From Trichoplax adhaerens (lineage: Eukaryota > Animalia > Placozoa), in NCBI RefSeq assembly GCF_000150275.1, contig NW_002060958.1, forward strand, positions 100,966 to 164,965: a stretch of 64,000 nucleotides of DNA. The letters are read 5' to 3'. The stretch's first letter is position 1, and every line of letters starts with the position of its first letter. A program made the position numbers and the translations under genes. Below the pieces are notes generated by a model. It saw nothing but the letters and a program-made list of their open reading frames with translations. It had not been told where the DNA came from and did no database searches. Positions 55,065 through 64,000 of this stretch are shown here, piece after piece.

Positions 55065-57174
55065 AAAATATCCTTCTACATCTTTGGTGGTTTTCAATCG
55101 AAGACGAAAATTTAATGATTCTAAATATCTTTTGCGTTCAATATTAGTCAAAGTGACTGTATGATAATGTAGAATGATTAATAATTGACAATAGATTGAA
55201 AATCAATAAAACATCTGGCCAGGTTCGGTTGATATGATTTTCATATTCTTATTCTTGCAAAAAGCCTAAATTAAAGCCAATATCTATATTTCTAAGAATG
55301 CATATTATGTGTTGCAATAACAAATCTACTTTTTCATATGAAGCAGGGGCAACAACAAATTACTTTGTTCTCATCCTTTTAGTCTATAAAGTTATCATAA
55401 TCATCAAGATTAATAAGATATCTCTCCTAGTATATTAGTGTAATGAAGGTTAATTTTTAGAAGTTTCTTTCAAGTTCTTGTTTGGTAATTATCCTAGCTT
55501 AGTTTTTGTATCGTAATAAGTATTCTAGCTTTAAAAAAATATAACTTATTTGGTTGATTAAAATGGTAAAGTTTACTTAGTATCTTAGTATATTGTTGTG
55601 ACATTCATTAATTAATGCATCATCAATATTATAATTTTGTTGTGTGATGAATCATATGTTGACACCTAGCTACTAATTAACTAATATTAAATGTCATAGA
55701 AATGACAGATGGTTATCAGTTGCTAGTCGTAATTGCAAGTTGTGCGTTCAATCGGACATTTTAATAAAATAGCTTCTAGAATAAAGTTTTGATCCTTAAC
55801 GTGAGTAATCTATCGTCTAAGACTCGAATCTAAGTTTGGTTGATTAAAGAGTGCTTAGAGTTAGTTGCTTAGATAGTTAAGTCTACTTTAGAGGAAAGAA
55901 TCCCGTTTAATTCTTGTGTTACAATCTCGGTTGTGATAATTGTAAACCCGACTGCTTTATTCCGGTTAGAAGTAAAGATAATCCGTAGCATAATTTTCGT
56001 TAAGAATCAGATATTATGATTTTGTAATTCAAGCGATATATTTAGTTAATAGAATATATCAGTGCTAATTTTGATCATTAATTACAGTAGAAGTTAATGT
56101 TACTTTTTAATTTCAGACAGTATAAACCCAAAATATTTGATCTGCGATTGTTATTTTGTCTTAGTTTATACTGTAGAAATGTACGGTTTCAAGCTAAACT
56201 ATACTTAGTATTAATTAAGTAGTTTTCGGGAATCTAGGGTATAATTATCTTATCATGTGTGTTTGATTGTTAGTTTAATTTGGAGTACTTTAGAATGATA
56301 GTTGAATAGTCTAACGCTACTAAATACTCTCATATTCTAGCTACTTAATTTAAGATGGTATGATTAAAATAATCAATCAATCGACTATGTCAAAAGCTAC
56401 TAACTTATAATACGTTAGAATTGTTAAAAGTCTGAAATTAATCTGCTATCATTGTTTGTAACTGAATATAAGAAATCACACTATGCTGATAATAGTTTGA
56501 ATGAACAAATATGTAAAATTGAAACAGGACATGTTAAATTACGACACCTTGAACACCTAAAGGCTGATAAAGAAGCTGTAAACATTTTAGCTTCATGAGA
56601 AAAGTTTGGTAATCAGTTACACAGTGGGAACTGGTAAAGCAATTAGAAACAGCATAAATTAGCTGTAAAGGATTAGCCGGCCTCTAATAAGATGAAGACT
56701 TGATAACTGTATTAAAAGACTCAGAGATAGCCTGTACAAAACAAGCAATTCTTACTAGACAAAAATAAACACTTCTTTATACTCCAACAGAATAAGAAGA
56801 AATCAATCATTTATGACTACATCCAATCTAGATCCTCCCCTTTATTTACTTGAAAAGCTTTCAAACTAATTATCATCCATATTGCTTATAAATGAGCTCA
56901 TTTATGGTTTACCACTATTATGGAATAAGCAAATGAATAATTAATTGTAGTCTGAATAATGTGACGAGGAAATATACATAAAATTGTATTGGACATTCCG
57001 TATAACTATGTTAGTGCGGTAATAAGTAACGATAGAACTATAATAATGGAACTATATTATATTTAGGGTCCTACCAAGTTGATTCTGAAAAGTACTTCAT
57101 AATTAGATAGTAACATTAAATTAAGGAAAACGAGTACAGTATAGTGCTTTTAGTAAATTTAATTCTTTTTTATC

Positions 57175-60100
57175 ATGGCAAACATCTTTAGCTTTACCTT
57201 CTTATTATTGGCTTTGCCCTTCATTATTCAATCGAAGTTTATCAAACATCAATATTGTATCGTTGGTGCTGGACCAGGAGGTAATTTTTTATCGTTTTTA
57301 TGTTTAATGATTTAGATTTTAATAGCATCTATGTTGCAATTTAGTTATTGTAAGACATGAAATACGGCAAATTATTTATCATAATAATAAGGTTAGATTT
57401 ATTAAGCCACCTCAATATTATGAAACGATTAGGATTACAAATGGCCTATTTTTTACAGCGAGCTGGAAGAGATTACATCGTTTTTGAAAGGCATAATATT
57501 GCAGGTAATCCATAATATTGTGTAGAAGAAACAATCTTTCCACCGAACAATCAGGTTGTAACACTTTCGGCACCAAATTATGGGCTCGAGTCAATATTTG
57601 ATAGTATAGCGTTAATTATCCATATTTTATTCTTGTTACTAAGCATATCGAAGGTTATAGACGATTGATTACTTTTAGCATGCTCACTTTAAGAGCTTTG
57701 AACGTCAAGATAATTTTATTCTCAAAGCAATCTTAATCTTATCAACTTTGGATAAGTTACATGTTTCAATTAAACTGTGATCAGTGTTGGATATCAGTAT
57801 TTATAATCCGAAGAATTTTATTGTGAGGATATCTGCTGCTTTCAAACTCCACATTACTTGGTTCCTCTTGAATAGAATCATTAACCGCTATTTTCTAACA
57901 CAGATTTCGTAATTTCTCCTATGGATATACTTTTTCTTTTTACAACTGTTGTACGAGAACGAATGAGCAATTTGTGGTAGTAGGAAATATTTTAATTTAA
58001 TCTTTTTCGATCCTTCTAATAACGATTTAATGTTAACTACAAATGAGATCCGAATGAAATCATTCTTCTATATATCTTCGTATTTTTATTAACAGTGTTT
58101 AATAAATGTCAAGGTCTCTGTAGGACTTCATAATCTTCCATCTTGACCAAATTCAATTTATCAAGAGTTAAATTTACAACTTATCGCTTCATTCAAAATT
58201 ATTTATAGAAATTTGACCTTAACTTTCTACAGTAACTGTTTCGCCTGTGTAGAGATAACTACTTGAATAGGAATAGCTATTTTCTACTTTAAATCTCTTT
58301 TTTGATTGCTGTTTAAGTTAATCTATAGTTTTATTAAACCTTCTAGGCTCATTTTTCACCCACTATCCGCGACATCGTCGTTTACTATCCTTAAATAAGC
58401 AGTACACAGGTGAAAAAGCTTATTATTAATAATTTGGTAATATGGCGCGATAATATAGCTATAATGAAAGCATCAGATTACTTAGATGTTTCTTGGCGAT
58501 TAGTATCAAGTGCTGACAAATTGGAAATTAATTGATTTGGCTTGTAATTGTTGATTAGGTTCCTTAAATTCCGAGTTCAATCTAAGACATGACTGGAATA
58601 CTCTTCTAAGCGATAATGATTCTTTAAAAATGACTCGTTATTCCGACGATCTTTATCCTCATGCTGATCAATTGGTAATTTTTGATCGTTAAACAAGTTT
58701 GGATGCCGACATGTTGAAATTTTAGTATTCTGTAGTCCTTGCAATTTAGAAATGTGATATTGATAATAATGTGATGCTAATCTATTGTAAAATTCACCTT
58801 CATTATACAGATTAGAATTTTTTTAACAAGCTAGCCATCAGATCATTAATATCCTCTACATGTCGATCTTAAGTTAATCGTAGTAATTATTCCTAGTAAT
58901 AGTAAGCTTCCAAATTCATAATCAACAGTAAATTAGGAAATGAGCAGTAATAGTTTACCCAAGTGTTATTATCATATCGTATTTTAATCCTCCATTCAGC
59001 TCATTGATCCACTTAAAATCAGTAACGTAAATCAACCATAATATCGCTGCTTAGCCGGAAAGTAATCCTTGTATCATCTTTAAAATTGTACCATTAATAT
59101 GAAATTTGTAAACATTTGCAAATTAACATTAATGGACTAATAGAACTTATAAAATCTGCCTCCTCATTTACACTACATATACACTTATGCTAAACATTTT
59201 TAGTATTCATCAAGTAAAAACATGAGGAAGAATTTGTTCCATCTATCATGATTACATTAATCATCCTCCATACAGAAATGCAGTAAACGGTTTAAAACGT
59301 TTAGTACGCAATTCTTGTAACAAATTTTAACTTCTAAAATAGTAAATTAATATTATTTCATTACATGGACTTTGATTTTCAAATTTCGTATCCAATGGCT
59401 TGAAGTAATCTAAATTCCTAATTACTTTGATCTGATCTCCAGGTTCGTTATCTAAATGATTACGCCAATCGACTACAACTAAATATCCAATATCAAACAG
59501 ATATTGTTAAATTATCCCGAGGATATCTTAATGGTATCAATATGTTTAAGTTAATTGACCAACATCAAAATATCCATTTGTGTAATGTAACCATCATTAG
59601 GTATGCTTAATTGGCTGGAATATCCAAATTCCAAGTCTTGTTACTACACCTGTAGTTTATACTGCACAAGTAGCACTAACATTATTACTATAATTAAATC
59701 TATGCAATTATCCAGCACCGGACTCTCAAAACCTAAAATACCAGATACAACCGGTATGCAATATGCTGAGGTAAGTGAATAGTAACGAGCAAAGGTGGTA
59801 GCAAAACAATATAACTACGCAATTGTTACCATTCTCCTTTGCAATTAACTTAGGGACCTATCGTAGTTGAACTAACTCTCAACTATACAAATAAGCTACT
59901 AATGAGTGATAGGGTTTAAATACTTCACTTTATTTACGTTAATCTTAGTCGTAAAATGTATTAAAGAAAAACGTAAGAATATTCTTAGCAATAATAGTCA
60001 AGTGATCTTGCAAGTGACTAAAAGGAACAGAGCAGCTAAGTTAGTGCTCGGCATTTTATAGTCTCGGCCTACGCCGACGATGCACTTGCGAATATTCTTG

Positions 60101-63100
60101 ACATAGCGACTAACACTGTACAGTATACATATTCTAGTCTATTGCATTGGAGAATAGAATAGTTTTAGTTCAAAATCCAATTTACAATTACGAAGAAAAC
60201 ATAGATACAAATACAATATCTCAAAATTAGTGCAGTATCTTCACTTCATTGTCGCATTATTACGTGAACGATATTTCCCCTTTCGTCGAACTTTCCTATT
60301 AAAATTACATTCGATATTAGCTGCTTTAACTAATTACAATACCTTGGTTATACCTCAATAATTTTAGCAATTTTAATCCTATACACCACCTTAAAATTTA
60401 GCTATATGTTAACAACATTTAAATAATATGAAATTCTTATAATAGAATAATAATGATGCTCTCGGCATTTACAACGTAACGCAAAATCTTTGTATTAATA
60501 TCCGTCTGTATTAAACTAATTGATACTATGATACGTTGAATTTACGATCAATCTATAGCTAAACTTTTAATTTTCCTGCACATATTTATAGGGCTACGAA
60601 TCCATATCAACCAATACTTCTGAATATGTAAATAAAAATGTTTTAATTCTAGGACAAGGTAACCCTAATTCTATACTATTCATATACTTTTGACCTAACG
60701 AAGTTGAAATCGTATTATTTCACGTTTCTTCACGAAATTTCTATCGTACTTGTAAGGTAATTCTGCGTTCGAAACAGCTCAAGCTATATCCAACGTTGCC
60801 GGTCTTGTCCATCTTTATGGCAGGTTTGCATTTATGTGTTGACTCGAGCTAATTAGGTTTACATATTTCAATTTAAGCGCTAGGAGTGTTAGCACCTATG
60901 AATTTTACCTACCTGCTCAATTCTGTATATTGTAAGTGGGTTATCTCTAATTAATTTCATATGTAGGGGTGGTGTTCGATTAGCTACATCAACACACTAT
61001 ATAGGAGATCTTAGGTCAGTTAGATCAACAAATTGCTATAGTTGAAGAATGAAACTAAGCACCAAAAATTTCTGTCAACTATGAATAATAATTTTTCATA
61101 AGCTATTATAAGGATAGAACTGAATTATCAAAAGTATTTTGTAAAGCAAGGCCTCTTTATACAAAAATAAATTTTTAATATGTGCCGTTTATTTCGATAC
61201 ACTCACATATAGAGCCGTCAATTCCAAGATAGTTGATTCTTACCAACTTAAATCTTTAGATGGTATCGTAGGTAATTCACGAAGGATTTAGATATTAGAA
61301 TTTATATTAATACATTAGATATAGTATTTTCAATTTTTTATAAATATGATAAACTGTATCTTTCTCTGAATATCTATAGAAGGACCCTTAGAAAACTTTG
61401 GAATACTTAAACGTAAGAAAGGATTAATTTCCATTGCTCTTAGGGGTACAAAAGATGAACTTTTTCTCGTAAGTTCATTGCATTTATGGCAAAACTAGTA
61501 ATTCAGAACTTGATCTAAATACCAATAATAGAGTAGTAAAATTTATGATCGGCAATTACTTACTTTTATTCAAGACCATGATTATTGATAACTATAACTT
61601 ATAGTTATGTTTATTTCTACTATCAATTTCTATGCGCAGATGATATGACAGGAACACGAAAAGGATATCATCATGTGATTCGATGCTTAGGCTTTGAAGT
61701 TAGTATTTATATTTATGTAAATGAACACCTTAAAATGATGGGTGTTAATCATACATATATAGGGGTATGTGTATCAGCTAATTTTCATCCACTGTTAGTA
61801 GTAATGTTATCCATTTAAAAATATATCAGTAAAGAATGTCGTAGCAACGCTTAGAAATTAAATTATACTTTAGATAAGTTAATTTTCTTACCATCAAGTT
61901 ATGTACAGCCTCACCCAGAAATAATAGAATCAAATTATTTTTTCAAGAAACAAATAAAATGATGATCAAAATTAAAGCCATAAAGTTTACCATCTTTTTT
62001 AAGCTTGATTTCTCATAGTTGGATTAAATGATTAGCGAAATAGTTTATATTTTCGTTTAGTAATAACGTAATGTTAGTTTCTACTAATCGCTATTCATTA
62101 TCCTTGATAGAGGGAAATTATTGGCCTTGTGGTGAATGCAATAATTCATAAACTTACCCGATTTTATTTAAATCTATTAAAATTTAGTACGATAGATCTA
62201 TATTTGGCCAAGGTTGTAGACCAAGATCTGCGAAGAAAGAGTCTATAGAACACTATCCCGACATTAAAGCCAATTATGAAGCGGTTTCTGTAGCTCATAT
62301 GTACTTTGGTATGGATATATTTTCACCTATATAATTACACAGTAAAGTTTTTTAATCTGATAAACTCTTGTGTCTCGTGTTTTAAATTTGCTATCAAGTC
62401 AACTTCATCCGTAAATATATTTATTAGTTTAATCAATCATAATTAACCAAAATATTAGCAATCATTAACATCCAAATATTTACTTCCCTGAACAATTGCT
62501 ATTTTAGCCGGAGCATTAACTCATTCCTTAGATTATCGACATTCTGGCGGATGTTGCATTCAAGGTTTCCGATATTCAGGTACTAAAAAACTATATTTCA
62601 TCTCTCAGCTAAATGATATAATTGATCTCAAGGCATGACAGTATCCCAGCATGCTAAGTCATTGCAAAAATTGCAGTAGCCCAGAGTTACTCTACATGCC
62701 CATGCTTTATTTAATAAAGGCAGTACATTGATACATATTTAAATTTAAACTTTTACACTTATTTACATAGTTGTTAGTGCATGGCAATCATACTTCTAAT
62801 ATAAAATGACTTATCGTTATTTTAATTTTCAAATTGTTAGTTCGTGCATTACATCGCTTATTAGAATGGCGATATCATCAAGTTCCTTGGCCTGCTAAAT
62901 TATTATCAAGCGAACAATTATTATATTATCTTAGCATGCGAATAAATCAAGCTTCTGTAAGAAAGATTGTGTTTGCTTATTTCTGCCAAAGAATAATAAT
63001 TATCGTTTACTAATTCTAAAACACTTATGAAAGTTCAATATATAAAGTTTATATAAAAACAATAATAACTTTACAAATAATATTTGAAACGTTTAAGTAT

Positions 63101-63975
63101 GTAGGATTATTTTCAATATCTTGTATGATTTAATTTAGGGAACTTATCAAATGTTTGGAATGCTAGCTGATGTTGTATTGATTGGTATAGTTTTTCATGA
63201 CAATTTTTTGCAATTTTAATAGCAAATAGAATGATTATTTTGTATAGTACTATAAATCTTGTAATCGAGACTGTTAATGTATTAAAATTAATACAGGTGA
63301 TAACCATCAACATTTGTATCTTGAAGAGGTTCCTACACGAGTTATCCCTAATCTTGAAAGTAAGGATATCTGTTATTCCAGTAAAAATATTTTAATATTA
63401 ATGGTGGTAGTACCGATAGCTGAAATGCCTTTTTTCCACCCATATACTTTAAAAGTAAATTGTTATCTCCGAGTCATTCAATGCTATAATTTATTTATAA
63501 GAAACTTCATTATGTTGCCATTGTGTGGTAGCTTACCCTATTTACCGAGCTATACCGCAAGCAGCCTATATTGCTTACTTTATTATCATGTATTTAAATA
63601 GATTTAGCTGGACGAAAAGTTACTTATGGGTTTCTAGCCTTAACATTTGAATATGGCAAGAATTTCTCACAACCAAAGTAAGTTGAGTATCTACAGAAAC
63701 AACAAATGCTAGATGAAATATTTGAATCATAAATTAATTGATTAGTAATGTAGTGTATTAAATTTAGAACCCATAAGTAGTCTTCGCCAATCCTTGTACA
63801 CAGTCCTTTTCTATTTATCTAATAATAATATTATGTAATAATGATTTATTGATATGCAATATTTTTCACAGTAAAGATACTTTAGATCGGGAAAATTACA
63901 GTTTCACGGCAAGAAATGCTTATCGTAGTCGCAATATCCATCCTATACTACGTTATTACAAACATCACATTCGAG
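57175..63975 (+). CDS. FOXRED2: FOXRED2/ERFAD-like oxidoreductase, copy 7 (3'-partial; exons 1-19 visible; GGCCIQG type)
   Basis: ATG 57175; exon 1 reads [35 protein letters not shown]. Motifs: [73 protein letters not shown]. Exon 19 ends at 63975 and exons 20-22 lie beyond the window. The exon 11 donor is ambiguous (see findings). Confidence 0.9.
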
Positions 63976-64000
63976 GTAAATCAAAAGTATTTTTCATTTT

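Noticed and set aside
8187-63313. Minus-strand ORFs of 60-105 aa (e.g. 8187-8402, 17945-18178, 22095-22406, 42036-42350, 52368-52601)
   Set aside because: Antisense shadows of FOXRED2 exons or chance ORFs in AT-rich DNA; no recognisable motifs.

Overview
AT-rich, intron-dense eukaryotic (animal-like) genomic DNA. The short introns, base composition and N gap fit a compact basal-metazoan assembly such as a placozoan, but that is only an inference. The whole 64 kb is a head-to-tail (+ strand) tandem array of at least seven FOXRED2/ERFAD-like FAD/NAD(P)H-dependent oxidoreductase genes: five complete, one cut by the left edge and one by the right edge. They share one 22-coding-exon structure and are separated by only 1.3-2.3 kb, with no other genes in between. 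All six visible N-termini carry a signal peptide and a GxGxxG FAD motif. None of the six visible C-termini ends in a canonical KDEL/KEEL; only copy 2 has an acidic EDEI tail. Copies 4-7 carry a vicinal Cys-Cys in the C-terminal FAD-proximal motif, and copies 4-6 also carry a His pair in exon 21. Non-coding features: a nested pair of solo-LTR-like elements with 5-bp TSDs, a second copy of the inner element, two GC-AG introns in copy 6, a splice-phase conflict in copy 7, five local tandem duplications and one 369-N gap. The supplied ORF track consists almost entirely of exon fragments or spurious ORFs.
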